Shown here piece by piece: positions 63,270-64,000 of a stretch of DNA of 64,000 nt. Made by a program: the position numbers and the translations under genes. Source of the DNA: Fimbriosthenelais zetlandica (Eukaryota); NCBI GenBank assembly GCA_977030845.1, contig OZ365116.1:16430001-16494000 (forward strand), in the 5' to 3' direction. The notes beneath the pieces were generated by a model. It did not search any database and was not told where the DNA came from. It was given only the letters and a program-made list of their open reading frames with translations. Position 1 is the first letter of the stretch, and each line of letters begins with the position of its first letter.

Positions 63270-64000
63270 AGAGAATGGGGCATTTCTAACACATTACTTC
63301 ACATAGCTCATCAGGCTTTTTGGTAACAATTTGTCATTATTTTTCACTGGTGTGAAGTGTATGTTTCCCTATGTAATCTGTATACTTCAGTATAATTGAA
63401 GTTCCCTTTGCTGTACTGCAGTATAATCACTGTCTCTCTCCTGTCTTTAAATCTCACATATGGCCAGAGGGTTTAGTCAGGAACATTTTGAGAATGTTCT
63501 CCAATCCTCCTGGCTCTTATGTACATATATGCAGGAGGAAGTGTAGCACGAAGCAAAGCTAAAACATTGTTGGTTATGGTGCTTCCATACTTATCCTCTG
63601 ATCGGCTATATAATGCAGCCTTTCTAATGTTTGAAATCCGTGATGCAGTATTTGTAAATATCAGATATTTATTAAAATATAGAAAGATAACTACGTGTGT
63701 AATTCGTAAAAATCAATCCAAGAAATAGGTGCCAAAAAATTCAGTCTGAAAATTCATTAAACCAGACAATGAGGTTGCTGAATCCATGTTCGTTGGGTTA
63801 CTAGAGGCATATTTGTTCGCTATTTATAATGTAGGACTGAACAGATTAGTAATGAATTTCTATGCACACTCAGTGGAACTATTTTCCCCCAGTTTTGTCG
63901 GGAGTTGCTCAGGAATGTTGCTGGCTTATATAATGGAGCAGTAGCGCAGAGAGACATGTTATAGTCCTCACAAGCTCTACTACCCACACACAGAATGAAC

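Overview
Eukaryotic (animal, probably invertebrate) genomic DNA, almost entirely non-coding. The longest ORF in the track is 167 aa of Pro/Ser-rich low complexity, and I recognise no track ORF as a gene. The one well-supported gene is absent from the ORF track because it is spliced: the last two coding exons of an OCRL/INPP5B-family inositol polyphosphate 5-phosphatase (C-terminal RhoGAP-like domain) on the + strand. The penultimate exon is 411-522 (112 nt, phase 0 to phase 1) and the terminal exon is 32043-32179, joined by a 31,520-nt GT-AG intron. The intron holds RFX X-box-like motif clusters, several minisatellites (one carrying repeated GGTAAGT donor consensus sites), a tRNA-derived relic and short dispersed repeats. 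The 32 kb downstream has no gene I can identify, only heavily decayed retroelement-like relics (LINE RT, Penelope-like RT, possibly Gypsy RT), low-complexity tracts and orphan splice-like signals. I find no convincing new biological system. The best leads are the X-box clusters in a cilia-linked gene, the donor-site minisatellite, and a dispersed repeat pair with codon-like divergence. All protein-family comparisons are from memory and by eye, with no searches run.
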